A stretch of DNA of 64,000 bases from an uncultured Lentimicrobiaceae bacterium (GTDB lineage Bacteria; Bacteroidota; Bacteroidia; Bacteroidales; UBA4417). A program made the position numbers and the translations under genes. The DNA lies in assembly GCA_964544545.1 (NCBI GenBank), contig CAZJCG010000015.1:6735-70734 (forward strand), given 5' to 3'. Positions 37,911 to 47,762 of the stretch are shown here, one piece after another (the stretch's first letter is position 1; every line of letters starts with the position of its first letter). The notes beneath the pieces were generated by a model. The model saw only the letters and a program-made list of their open reading frames with translations. It made no database searches and had not been told where the DNA came from.

Positions 37911-38849
37911 ATGACTTTAAAGGCAATACGGAGCAGCAGTATCATCACAGCTCTTCTGATAATCCATTCAGTATCTGTTACTGCTCAGCAGGATCCCTTG
38001 TTGAGTCATTATCTGTTCAATAAGCTGGATGTCAATCCGGGTTATGCCGGCAGTCGTGAAGCCCTTTGCGCGGATATTCTGTACAGGTACCAGTGGGTCA
38101 ATATTGACGGCTCTCCCAGGACCTTTTCTGCTTCCCTTCATTCACCCCTTCGCAACGATCATATCGGACTTGGGCTCAATATCTATCAGGATGTGACCGG
38201 TCCGGATATCAGCCAGGGCGCCCTGGCCACATTTGCCTACCGCATCCTGTTTAAAAAATCAAAACTCAGTTTTGGCCTGCAGACGGGCATGCGCCACTCC
38301 GATATCCTTTGGTCGCGGATAGTAACCCTCCAGAGCGATGATCCGGCGATGCGCCCGGTAAACCAAAACATTACGGTCCCGGATGCCGGTTTCGGCATTT
38401 ACTATTATTCAGGCAGGTTTTATGCAGGGCTGTCCGCGAAGCATCTTTTTAAAAATGAAATAAGCAAAGGAATTGTGGAAGGCATTGAACACTACACACA
38501 ACTATCCCGTCATTACTACGGAATAGCTGGTGGTGCGATCCCTGTCGGAAATGAGCTGGTATTCTGTCCTTCCTTACTGGTAAAGTACGTGCGGAATAGT
38601 CCGCTCCGGATGGATCTGAATGCCAGTTTCATCATTTCCCGGGTGATCCGGGCAGGTATATCCTACAGAACGGAGAAGGCTGTGTCGCTGATGACAGAGG
38701 TGATGCTGACAAGGAATCTTCGCCTCGGTTATACATACGATCAGTGGTTCAATGAATTACTGACGGCAAACAAGGGTTCGCATGAATTCCGGCTCGGAGT
38801 TGATCTGGATGTGTTTGTGAAAACCATGCTGACGCCGGTATATTTTTGA
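37911..38849 (+). CDS. PorP/SprF family type IX secretion system membrane protein
   Basis: QQDPLLSHYLFNKLDVNPGYAGS...YRYQWVNIDGSPRTFSASLH is the canonical PorP/SprF N-terminus. Terminal ...TPVYF. Confidence 0.9.
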   Translation: MTLKAIRSSSIITALLIIHSVSVTAQQDPLLSHYLFNKLDVNPGYAGSREALCADILYRYQWVNIDGSPRTFSASLHSPLRNDHIGLGLNIYQDVTGPDISQGALATFAYRILFKKSKLSFGLQTGMRHSDILWSRIVTLQSDDPAMRPVNQNITVPDAGFGIYYYSGRFYAGLSAKHLFKNEISKGIVEGIEHYTQLSRHYYGIAGGAIPVGNELVFCPSLLVKYVRNSPLRMDLNASFIISRVIRAGISYRTEKAVSLMTEVMLTRNLRLGYTYDQWFNELLTANKGSHEFRLGVDLDVFVKTMLTPVYF

Positions 38850-39056
38850 GAGAGTATTCAATTCTTACTTCACAGAATCCACCTCGGGTTAATATAACGG
38901 CTATCAGGCGGGATTATACTACGTACGCCCTGGTTAACTATATCTGATAGAACGTCGCAAGCCTGACCCAGGGTAACTGAAGTGGATCATGGCACATTCC
39001 GTTGCTTCCCTGATTGGCAATACCAGCAAAGGCTTATGCAACGAGAAAATTGAATT

Positions 39057-39692
39057 TTAAAGAAAAGGGTTGTTAAGCTTCTCGTAGCCGATTGAAGTCT
39101 CGGGCCCGTGACCGGGATATACACGGCAATCGGCCGGAAGCGGAAAGAGTTTCTGGTAGATACTTTCCTTGAGAAGGTCGTAGTCACCGGTTGGAAGGTC
39201 GGTACGGCCGATGCTCTCCAGGAAAAGAACATCCCCGGTTATCACGAAATTCTTTGCTTCGCAATACAAGCTGATACTTCCATCAGCGTGACCGGGAGTA
39301 TAAAGGACCTTAAGATCGAAATCATCCGCCAGCAGTACATCCCCTTCCTCAATAAAACTGCCCGGTTTGATAACATCTTCGATGGCAAGGCCGAAGACGG
39401 ATCCGAATTCGCGTGCTGTCTCCCAGAAAAGCTTACCCCTGGCATGGGCAATGGGCTTCAGGTTGAACGTATTGCTCACAAAGGAATTACCCAGAATATG
39501 ATCGACATGGTAATGCGTGTTGACCATCATGACCGGGGTAAGTTGATTGTCGTGAATATATTCTTTCAGTTCCTGCTCTTCTTTCCGGTTCATGCAGGCA
39601 GGGTCCACGATGATGCAATCGCGGCTCTTGCCTGAGATGACGTAGGTGTTCACACCGAACGAGTTAAAAACAAACCGTTGAACAGCAATCAT
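39057..39692 (-). CDS. MBL-fold metallo-hydrolase (glyoxalase II-like)
   Basis: HYHVDH (HxHxDH) motif and TPGHADGS. Confidence 0.85.
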   Translation of the reverse strand: MIAVQRFVFNSFGVNTYVISGKSRDCIIVDPACMNRKEEQELKEYIHDNQLTPVMMVNTHYHVDHILGNSFVSNTFNLKPIAHARGKLFWETAREFGSVFGLAIEDVIKPGSFIEEGDVLLADDFDLKVLYTPGHADGSISLYCEAKNFVITGDVLFLESIGRTDLPTGDYDLLKESIYQKLFPLPADCRVYPGHGPETSIGYEKLNNPFL

Positions 39693-39826
39693 ATTGTTAA
39701 TCTATACTATTTTTGCTGGTGTAAAGTTATCAATTATACGCCAGAGTTTATCCCTCTAAAACAAACAGCACCGAAATATTGTTGAAGAGACTCGTAAATC
39801 CATCAGAACGCTTCATGGTACTGGCA

Positions 39827-42800
39827 ATGAACAAGATACACAACCACTCCTTCAGGGTCATCCTGCTGGGTTTATTGCTGTGGATCCTGATGCCGGAAGT
39901 GAAAGCCCAGTTCTATAACGGCTCACAACTTACATTCGGCAAGAACCGGGTTCAATACTCGGATTTCCTCTGGACATACTTCCGTTTCAACAACATCGAC
40001 GTATATTACTACCTCAACGGGAAAGAACTGGCCCTGCATACAGCCGAATACGCCCGGCAATTCCTTCCGGAAATCGAGAAAAAACTGGAGACCAATCTTG
40101 ACAAGAAAATCCAGTTCATTGTTTACAATACCTACGGCGATCTGCGGCAAAGCAATCTCGGCCTGCTGAGTCAGTCACAATATAATACGGGGGGGATCAC
40201 CCACATTATCGGGAGCAAGGTATTCCTGTATTTTGATGGCGACATGAACCATTTCGACCGTCAGATCCGGGCCGGCATAACGCGCCTGCTGATCGACGGC
40301 ATCATTTACGGCGAATCCATCGGCTCGCAGGTGAAGAACAGCACCCTGATCAACCTTCCTTCCTGGTACTCCGACGGTCTGGTTTCTTATTACAGCCGGA
40401 ACTGGGACACTGAACTTGACAATATCCTCAAGGACGGGATACTCAGCGGCCGTTACAGGAAATTCAACCATCTTACCGGCGCCGATGCTGTTTATGCCGG
40501 TCATTCCATCTGGCGGTTTGTGGCGGAAAAATACGGAGCCGGGAATATCGCCAATATCATCTACATGACCCGCGTGAACCGCAGCGTTGAAAGCGGTTTC
40601 CTTTATGTGCTGGGAGTGTCGTTCAAAACCATCATGAAGGAGTGGGAAGCCTGGTACAAGAGCATCTATGAAGGACAGAACCCTCAGGAATTTACGGCTT
40701 ACGGGACAAAACTCAATGTGAGGCAAAAGGCCGACCGGGTCTATGACCGGTTGAAGATCAGTCCCGACGGCGAACATCTGGCATATACCTCCAACGACAA
40801 AGGGCTGTACAAGGTTTTCCTTTATGACAACCGTACGGGTAAACAGAAAAAGATATTCCGCAAAGGGATCCGCCTTGATGAAAAGGTAGATTATTCCTAT
40901 CCTTTACTGGCGTGGCACCCAACGGGACAGGTTCTGGCTATGATCACGGAATGGAAAGGGCTTGTATATCTTTATTTTTATGATCTGGAGACCCGGAAGT
41001 GGACCAGTCAGAATATTTTCGGTTATCAGAAGATCCTTGACTTCAGCTATTCGCCCGACGGTCGTTCCCTGGTTTTTTCAGCCATCCAGAAAGGTCAGTC
41101 GGATATATTCGTATACAACATAGCCGCCAACAGTTCCGAGCAGATCACCAGGGATATATACAACGACTTCGAGCCCCATTTCCTTTATAAAAGCAATAAG
41201 ATCATATTCAGTTCCAATCGTCCCGATGATACGCTGCGGTTTGTAAGAGACGAGCTGATCTCTTACGACGGGATGGAGAACAATGATCTTTTCGTTTACG
41301 ACAGAGCCTCCAAAAGCAATCTCCTGACACGCGTTGCCCGCACTCCCCTGGCTAACGAGGTGCAACCCATGTCGTACTCACCCGGGAAATTCACCTACCT
41401 GAGTGACGCGAATGGAGTCTATAACCGGTATGTCGCCCGCTTCGACAGCGCAATTTCCTTTATCGATACAACGGTGCACTACCGTTATTTTGCGATGACC
41501 CAGCCGGTAAGCAATGTGTCGCGGAGCATCCTGTCGCAGGATGTAAGTCCGGTTGGAGGTAAAACGGCCGAAGTCATTTTCGACAACAACCGTTACCGGA
41601 TGTATCTCAACGACATCCGCGACAGTGAAGCCGCACCTCTCACCCTGGTTACCACGGCTTACAAGCAGCAGTATGAGGTAATGGTGAGAGAAGAGACGGA
41701 GCGAAAGGAGAAAGAGAAGAAAGAAGCTTCGCAGAAGAGCAAGCGGAAGAAATTCGTGAATGTATTTGAGGATGATGTTGTTGCCCCCCCGGGCGACAGC
41801 CTGAAGATAGATATCAGCAATTACCGGTTGACGGCAACAGGGCAGGCTGCACCATTGTACAAAGAGGACAAGTTCGGGAGGATGGTGCCCGTGGACCAGA
41901 AGGCAAAGCCTCCAAAACCCCGGAACTACAATGTTGAGTACTCCGTGAACCAGCTGATCAGCCAGCTTGACTTTTCGTACCTGAACATGAGCTATCAGCC
42001 GTTCATCGGCTATGCCGGACCGATCTTCCAGAATGCCCCGACCAACGCCCTCTTTTCGGTCGGCGCCACCGACCTTCTTGAGGACTACCATATCGTCGGC
42101 GGGGTAAGGCTCAATTCCGACTTATACAACAACGAATACCTGCTGGGATTTTCAAACCTGAAGCACCGTATCGACCGGGAGATCTTCTTCCACCGGAACT
42201 CTTTCGACGTAAGCTATTCCAATGCTTATGTACGGCACAGGATTCACGAGCTTCATTACATCGTAAGCTATCCTTTTAACGAGATCCTGGCACTGAAGGG
42301 CACCTTCTCTTCACAGTACGACAAAGCCATCGTGCTGGCACTCGACCAGTCCACCGCGAAAATGAAAGACCAGAATAATGTCTGGGGCATTGCCAAGGGA
42401 GAATTGATATTTGACAATACCCGCAGCCTTGGGACAAATCTTTACCAGGGTATGCGGTTCAAAGTGTTTGGCGAGTATTACAGGTTGTTTGCAAAGGAAT
42501 GGACCGATATGGCCGTAGTAGGTTTCGATGTCAGACATTATACCCGTATCCACCGGTCCTTTATCTGGGCGAACCGTTTCGCCGGAAGCACCTCCTTCGG
42601 CAAAAGCAAACTGCTGTATTACCTCGGCGGGGTCGATAACTGGCTTATTCCCGGCTTCGACGACAGTAACGACATCGATTACAGTCAGAACTATGCTTTC
42701 CAGACAGTAGCCACCAATATGCGCGGATTCAAGCAGAACGTCCGGTCAGGGAATTCATTTGCAGTCATCAATTCGGAATTGCGGTTCCCGGTCTTCAAGT

Positions 42801-43111
42801 ATTTTTTCAACAGGCCATTGAAGTCCGACTTCCTGAACAACTTCCAGGTAGTTGGTTTCGGTGACCTTGGCGCCGCCTGGAAAGGGCTTAATCCCTTTTC
42901 GGATGAAAACACGTTCTTTACCCAGTACGTTTACCGTCCACCCCTATATATTACCGTACAGGTACAGAAAAGCCCTATTGTGGCAGGTTACGGCTTCGGA
43001 TTAAGAAGCAGCCTGCTGGGCTATTTTATCCGTGCCGACTGGTCGTGGGGGGTCGAAGACAATGTAATCCAGCCCCGGCAGTTTTACCTGTCGCTCAGTC
43101 TGGATTTCTGA
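39827..43111 (+). CDS. Outer-membrane protein: TolB-like (PD40) beta-propeller region fused to a C-terminal beta-barrel
   Basis: Signal peptide (LLLWILMPEVKAQ). PD40-type repeats (ISPDGEHLAYTSNDKG, YSPDGRSLVFSAIQKGQSDIFVY). A K/E-rich linker (REETERKEKEKKEASQKSKRKK). A ~350-aa C-terminus with alternating beta-strand pattern ending LSLSLDF. ATG 39827 is preferred over TTG 39779. Confidence 0.7.
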   Translation: MNKIHNHSFRVILLGLLLWILMPEVKAQFYNGSQLTFGKNRVQYSDFLWTYFRFNNIDVYYYLNGKELALHTAEYARQFLPEIEKKLETNLDKKIQFIVYNTYGDLRQSNLGLLSQSQYNTGGITHIIGSKVFLYFDGDMNHFDRQIRAGITRLLIDGIIYGESIGSQVKNSTLINLPSWYSDGLVSYYSRNWDTELDNILKDGILSGRYRKFNHLTGADAVYAGHSIWRFVAEKYGAGNIANIIYMTRVNRSVESGFLYVLGVSFKTIMKEWEAWYKSIYEGQNPQEFTAYGTKLNVRQKADRVYDRLKISPDGEHLAYTSNDKGLYKVFLYDNRTGKQKKIFRKGIRLDEKVDYSYPLLAWHPTGQVLAMITEWKGLVYLYFYDLETRKWTSQNIFGYQKILDFSYSPDGRSLVFSAIQKGQSDIFVYNIAANSSEQITRDIYNDFEPHFLYKSNKIIFSSNRPDDTLRFVRDELISYDGMENNDLFVYDRASKSNLLTRVARTPLANEVQPMSYSPGKFTYLSDANGVYNRYVARFDSAISFIDTTVHYRYFAMTQPVSNVSRSILSQDVSPVGGKTAEVIFDNNRYRMYLNDIRDSEAAPLTLVTTAYKQQYEVMVREETERKEKEKKEASQKSKRKKFVNVFEDDVVAPPGDSLKIDISNYRLTATGQAAPLYKEDKFGRMVPVDQKAKPPKPRNYNVEYSVNQLISQLDFSYLNMSYQPFIGYAGPIFQNAPTNALFSVGATDLLEDYHIVGGVRLNSDLYNNEYLLGFSNLKHRIDREIFFHRNSFDVSYSNAYVRHRIHELHYIVSYPFNEILALKGTFSSQYDKAIVLALDQSTAKMKDQNNVWGIAKGELIFDNTRSLGTNLYQGMRFKVFGEYYRLFAKEWTDMAVVGFDVRHYTRIHRSFIWANRFAGSTSFGKSKLLYYLGGVDNWLIPGFDDSNDIDYSQNYAFQTVATNMRGFKQNVRSGNSFAVINSELRFPVFKYFFNRPLKSDFLNNFQVVGFGDLGAAWKGLNPFSDENTFFTQYVYRPPLYITVQVQKSPIVAGYGFGLRSSLLGYFIRADWSWGVEDNVIQPRQFYLSLSLDF

Positions 43112-43148
43112 CATCATTCCCTCAATTATTCACCCTTATTTCTAAACC

Positions 43149-43517
43149 ATGAGTTTACAAGAAGCTGTTATCCTCCTGCTGATCGGATTGGCTGCCGGTA
43201 TTTTCGGCGGCATGGTCGGATTAGGCGGCGGGGTCATCATGATCCCTGCCATGGTCTTTTTTATGGGAATGACCCAACTGGAAGCACAAGGTACAAGCCT
43301 TGCCGTGATGCTTCCTCCGGTTGGGCTCTTCGCCGTAATGAACTATTATAAGTCGGGAAACCTCAACATCAGATATGCTCTTCTCATTTCACTGGCATTC
43401 CTGATAGGCGGGTACTTCGGATCCAAAATAGCACTGAACATTCCCATTTCACTGGTGAAGAAGATCTTTGCCATTTCCCTGATCGCCATAGCCGTAAGGA
43501 TGATCATCAAAAGCTGA
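43149..43517 (+). CDS. TauE/SafE (TSUP) family membrane protein, half-size
   Basis: 122 aa. GIFGGMVGLGGGVIMIPAMVF is the TSUP signature. Four TM segments. Confidence 0.7.
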   Translation: MSLQEAVILLLIGLAAGIFGGMVGLGGGVIMIPAMVFFMGMTQLEAQGTSLAVMLPPVGLFAVMNYYKSGNLNIRYALLISLAFLIGGYFGSKIALNIPISLVKKIFAISLIAIAVRMIIKS

Positions 43518-43527
43518 TTATTTCATC

Positions 43528-43965
43528 ATGACCAAACCTATTGACCCGAGGATCATCAAATTCATCCGGAAGCACCACATTTTTACCCTGGCCACCTCAG
43601 CTGATAATAAGCCCTATACCTGTACCTGCTTTTATGTTTACCTGAGCGATGTAAACAGGATTGTGTTTACTTCGGAACACGATACGCGGCATATACGGGA
43701 ATTAGCGATGCAACCTGAAGTTGCCGGAGCCATTGCCCTTGAAACCCTGGTAATTGGACGGATCCAGGGGGTTCAGTTCACCGGTAAAGCTCAGGAACTT
43801 AAGGGTGAAGACTATAAGACAGCTCATAAGGTTTATGTGGAACGGTTCCCGGTGGTTGCTCTTTCACATCTTTATCTATGGGGAGTGGACCCGGACTTCA
43901 TAAAAATGACCCATAACCAACTGGGTTTTGGGAAGAAGCTGATATGGCAGAAAACGGAACCCTGA
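43528..43965 (+). CDS. Pyridoxamine 5'-phosphate oxidase-like / YhbP (UPF0306)-like protein
   Basis: 145 aa. HHIFTLATSADNKPYTCTCFY...RIQGVQFTGKA has the pattern of the split-barrel FMN-binding fold family. Confidence 0.6.
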   Translation: MTKPIDPRIIKFIRKHHIFTLATSADNKPYTCTCFYVYLSDVNRIVFTSEHDTRHIRELAMQPEVAGAIALETLVIGRIQGVQFTGKAQELKGEDYKTAHKVYVERFPVVALSHLYLWGVDPDFIKMTHNQLGFGKKLIWQKTEP

Positions 43966-44408
43966 TCACAGGGATGAACACTCAAGGTTGTACAATTGTT
44001 ATTTCATTCCTTGTTCCTTTTTGTGAAGATATACCACGCTATAATCTTGCGAAACCCTCAAAGATGAATGCAAAGTCAGAACTATATCAGTGATGAGTAT
44101 ATGATTGTGAAGAAGTTATTTTGCTCCATTTTCATTAAACGAATTGTGTAAACTTTGTCATATTTATAATCCGCTGTTAACGGGCTTTCTGGAATCAGCC
44201 AATATCAAGGCTTTTAATAGTTATTAAGATTTCTATTTTCTGTTTCTCAGCGATTTAACACTATGTAATTTGAATATTGTTAATAAAACGTTTTGTGATA
44301 AGGGAAAACCTTGTTGTAATTTGGCTGAAAGGTTCAGCAACAATTACGAAATAAGTGTAATTGCTGTAAATCAGGTTTTTGTCTTTCTTTAAAGTAGATT
44401 TTACGAGA

Positions 44409-47144
44409 ATGGATAAACTTCAGGATGCAAATCTGTTTTCAATCATTGATTCCTCTTTGGAAGACGACGTTAAACACGGTTTCTACAACAAAGTATTGGA
44501 GAATCGCCATCGTCCCGACGGGATGCCTGAGCAGCAGCAGGAACCAGTAATATTACCAAAGGAAAGGATTGAAACAACTTCCATGCAACCGAAGAAAGAA
44601 ACAACAGAAGTACCACAGCAGTTGACAGCCTATTCGCATGAGGAGGTGTTGGCGGCAGCTACCGTCTATTTTAAAGGCGATACGCTTGCAGCCAATGTCT
44701 GGATGAATAAATATGCCCTGAAAGATAGTGACGGGAACATTTATGAGCGCACGCCCGATGATATGCATCACCGGCTTGCTTCCGAAGTGGCCCGTATTGA
44801 GCGTAAATACCCGAATCCCATGAGTGAAGAGGAAATTTTCGAGCTCTTCCGGGATTTCCGATACATTGTTCCGCAAGGAAGCCCCATGGCCGGCATAGGC
44901 AACCGTTTTCAGGTTTCCTCCCTCTCGAATTGTTTTGTGATCGGAGGTGATAACAACCAGGATTCATACGGGGCCATCATGAAGGTGGATGAAGAACAGG
45001 TACAGCTCATGAAACGCCGTGGCGGCGTCGGGCACGACCTGTCACACATCCGTCCCTCCGGCAGTCCTGTAAAGAACAGCGCCCTCTCCTCTACCGGCAT
45101 TGTTCCTTTTATGGAACGTTACAGCAATTCCACGCGGGAAGTTGCACAGGATGGTCGCCGCGGAGCTTTAATGCTCTCTATCTCCATCAAGCACCCGGAT
45201 TCGGAAAACTTCATCGATGCCAAGATGGTCCAGGGGAAAGTGACCGGGGCCAATGTGTCGGTCAAGATCGATGACGAATTCATGCGGGCTGTGAAGGAAA
45301 ACGGTACATACCGTCAGCAATATCCTGTTGAATCATCGAACCCGATGAAGATTCAGGAGATTGAAGCCCGGAAGCTCTGGGATAAGATCATCCACAACGC
45401 ATGGCAGTCAGCCGAACCGGGCGTGCTGTTCTGGGATACCATTATCCGGGAAGCCGTTCCCGACTGCTATTCGGACCTGGGATTCAAGACCCAGTCGACG
45501 AATCCATGCGGCGAAATACCGCTCTGTCCTTACGACAGTTGCCGCCTGCTTGCATTGAACCTTTACAGCTACGTTGAAAATCCGTTTACCGCTGCCGCCA
45601 CTTTCAATGCCGACCTTTTCGCTAAGCATTCCCGCTACGCCCTGCGGATCATGGACGATATCATCGACCTGGAAATGGAGAAGATTGAGGGTATTCTGGC
45701 CAAGATTGACGGCGATCCCGAAGATCCGGAGATCAAGCGCACCGAAAGACTGTTGTGGGAAAAGATACGCGAAAAGACCCTGCAAGGACGCCGCACAGGT
45801 ATTGGCATAACTGCTGAAGGCGATATGCTTGCTGCACTCGGACTCCGATACGGAACTTCTGAGGCCACCAACTTCAGTGTAAACGTTCACAGAACCCTGG
45901 CCATAGAAGCTTACGGTTCCTCTGTTGACCTGGCTGCCGAACGCGGAGCCTTCCCCATTTACAACACCGAAAGGGAGAAGAACAATCCGTTCATTAACCG
46001 GATCCGGGAAGCCGCTCCCGAAACGTATGAAAAAATGATCCGTTACGGGCGCAGGAACATCAGCATGCTCACCATCGCCCCAACCGGCAGTGTCAGCATT
46101 TGCACCCAGACTTCTTCCGGCATTGAGCCTGTTTTCATGGTGAGCTACAAACGCCGCCGTAAAGTCAACCCGAACGATAAAAACGTTAACGTTACCTTCG
46201 TGGATGAGGTGGGCGATTCATGGGAAGAATACAACGTTTTCCATCCCAAGTTCCTCGACTGGATGCGCCTGAACGGTTACGATGTGGATGCCGCCAATGC
46301 ATACACCGATGATGAACTGAAACCTATCATCGAGAAATCACCTTATTTCAAGGCCACTTCCAACGATATCGACTGGGTTGCCAAGGTGCATATGCAGGGC
46401 GCCATTCAGAAATGGGTCGACCACAGCATCAGCGTTACCGTAAACCTGCCTTCTGATGTGACGGAAGAGTTGGTGAGTAAAGTGTACCTTACCGCATGGG
46501 AAAGCGGCTGTAAAGGGATGACCATCTACCGCGACGGATCCCGTTCGGGTGTGCTCGTCAGCAATGAGACTAAAACGGAAGAAACCACAACCTTCAAAGA
46601 AACCAAGGCTCCGCCCCGTCCCGAGATACTGGAAGCCGATGTTGTTCGTTTCACCAACGAAAGCGAAAAATGGATCGCCGTTGTGGGTCTTATGGACAAC
46701 AAACCTTACGAGATCTTCACCGGTAAAAGTGAGGATTTCTTCCTCCCGGAATGGGTTGAAAAAGGCTGCGTGATCCGTCAGAAACACGAAGGCCAGCGTG
46801 CCCAGTACAATTTCCGCTATCAGGATCGTCAGGGATACAAAGTGACCTATGAAGGATTGTCGAGAACGTTCGAAAAAGAGTACTGGAACTATGCCAAGCT
46901 TATCTCCGGTATCCTGCGTCATGGTATGCCGCTGCATTACGTGGTAAGCCTTATTGACAACCTGACTTTCGACAAGGATTTCATTACCACCTGGAAGAAC
47001 GGCGTGGTACGCACCTTGTCGCGGTACATCACCGATCCGGTTGATACAGGGGAAACCTGTCCAAAATGTGAATCAAAGAATTCGCTCTACCGCAAGGAGG
47101 GGTGTATTTACTGCAAAAATTGCGACTATTCCAAGTGCGGATAG
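44409..47144 (+). CDS. nrdJ: Adenosylcobalamin-dependent ribonucleotide reductase (class II)
   Basis: STNPCGEIPL active-site loop, TIAPTGSVS, and a C-terminal Cys cluster CPKC...CIYCKNC. ATG 44409 (MDKLQD) is preferred over TTG 44379. About 90 aa of low-conservation N-terminal extension. Confidence 0.9.
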   Translation: MDKLQDANLFSIIDSSLEDDVKHGFYNKVLENRHRPDGMPEQQQEPVILPKERIETTSMQPKKETTEVPQQLTAYSHEEVLAAATVYFKGDTLAANVWMNKYALKDSDGNIYERTPDDMHHRLASEVARIERKYPNPMSEEEIFELFRDFRYIVPQGSPMAGIGNRFQVSSLSNCFVIGGDNNQDSYGAIMKVDEEQVQLMKRRGGVGHDLSHIRPSGSPVKNSALSSTGIVPFMERYSNSTREVAQDGRRGALMLSISIKHPDSENFIDAKMVQGKVTGANVSVKIDDEFMRAVKENGTYRQQYPVESSNPMKIQEIEARKLWDKIIHNAWQSAEPGVLFWDTIIREAVPDCYSDLGFKTQSTNPCGEIPLCPYDSCRLLALNLYSYVENPFTAAATFNADLFAKHSRYALRIMDDIIDLEMEKIEGILAKIDGDPEDPEIKRTERLLWEKIREKTLQGRRTGIGITAEGDMLAALGLRYGTSEATNFSVNVHRTLAIEAYGSSVDLAAERGAFPIYNTEREKNNPFINRIREAAPETYEKMIRYGRRNISMLTIAPTGSVSICTQTSSGIEPVFMVSYKRRRKVNPNDKNVNVTFVDEVGDSWEEYNVFHPKFLDWMRLNGYDVDAANAYTDDELKPIIEKSPYFKATSNDIDWVAKVHMQGAIQKWVDHSISVTVNLPSDVTEELVSKVYLTAWESGCKGMTIYRDGSRSGVLVSNETKTEETTTFKETKAPPRPEILEADVVRFTNESEKWIAVVGLMDNKPYEIFTGKSEDFFLPEWVEKGCVIRQKHEGQRAQYNFRYQDRQGYKVTYEGLSRTFEKEYWNYAKLISGILRHGMPLHYVVSLIDNLTFDKDFITTWKNGVVRTLSRYITDPVDTGETCPKCESKNSLYRKEGCIYCKNCDYSKCG

Positions 47145-47166
47145 CACACTCGTTTTTCTGCCTCAA

Positions 47167-47205
47167 AACCCCGTGATCATATCTGGTTGCGGGGTTGTTC
47201 TTTTT
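47167..47205 (+). terminator. Intrinsic terminator after nrdJ
   Basis: Stem AACCCCG / CGGGGTT (7 bp) with a 16-nt loop, followed by GTTCTTTTT. Confidence 0.55.
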
Positions 47206-47250
47206 AGGGGCGGAGGGCAAAGAGCGAAGGGCAAAGGGAGTCGTCAATCA

Positions 47251-47330
47251 GTTGTCATTCGTAGTAATTCATAGTCATTCGTAGTCATTCGTAGTCATTC
47301 GTAGCTATTCGTAGCTATTCATAGTAAGTC
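47251..47330. repeat. Eight-unit tandem 10-bp repeat (consensus GTAGTCATTC)
   Basis: Units: gttgtcattc gtagtaattc atagtcattc gtagtcattc gtagtcattc gtagctattc gtagctattc atagtaagtc. Confidence 0.85.
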
Positions 47331-47405
47331 TTTTATCTTTTTACTTTTATCTTTTGTCTTTAAGCAGCCTAGAGCGAAGGGCAAAGGGCTGAGGAGAACT
47401 CACAA

Positions 47406-47445
47406 GTCATTCATGGTTATTCATAGTCATTCATAGTCATTCGTT
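47406..47445. repeat. Four-unit tandem 10-bp repeat of the same family (GTCATTCATA)
   Basis: Units: gtcattcatg gttattcata gtcattcata gtcattcgtt. Confidence 0.8.
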
Positions 47446-47660
47446 GTGAATTCTTTTATCTTTTTCCTTTTGTCTTTTATCTTGTAAATGCTGAGGGCAA
47501 AGAGCAGAGAGCATGGAGGTATAGTAGAAATTCATGTTGAATTTTTAAATTCTTAAATTTTCAAATCTCTTAATTAACTGATTAGCTAATTATCACATTC
47601 TCAAATCCTTTTATCTTTTTCCTTTTGTCTTTTGTCTTTTCATTGTCAGGCCAAGTTTCT

Positions 47661-47700
47661 CGCAGATTCCGCAGAAAAAAAACGCAGATTTCCGCAGAAG
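47661..47700. repeat. Direct duplication CGCAGATT(T)CCGCAGAA separated by an A-run
   Basis: Sequence: cgcagattccgcagaa-aaaaaa-cgcagatttccgcagaa. Confidence 0.7.
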
Positions 47701-47722
47701 TACATGGCTCATCAACGTTTAT

Positions 47723-47762
47723 TGACTAATCAGCTAATCAGCTAATCGTCGAATTAGCTAAT
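47723..47762. repeat. Five-unit tandem 8-bp repeat (NNGCTAAT), same family as 19112-19167
   Basis: Units: tgactaat cagctaat cagctaat cgtcgaat tagctaat. Confidence 0.75.

Noticed and set aside
40175-42091. 200-aa and 237-aa minus-strand ORFs (40175-40777, 41378-42091)
   Set aside because: They lie antisense within the 1095-aa outer-membrane protein gene. Their compositions (runs of V/G/R/H) are typical of shadow frames.
44257-44282. NrdR box (ACACTATGTAATTTGAATATTGT)
   Set aside because: There is only a partial resemblance to one half of the 16-bp palindromic consensus and no second box at the expected ~31-bp phasing. No nrdR gene is seen in the window.
43966-44408. Cobalamin riboswitch upstream of the B12-dependent ribonucleotide reductase
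   Set aside because: I could not find the conserved B12 box (GCCACTG-like core) or the GC-rich multi-helix junction expected. The region is very AT-rich. Only local hairpins are reported.
45408-46937. Minus-strand ORFs 45408-45890 and 46338-46937
   Set aside because: They are antisense to nrdJ, whose frame carries unambiguous class II RNR motifs.
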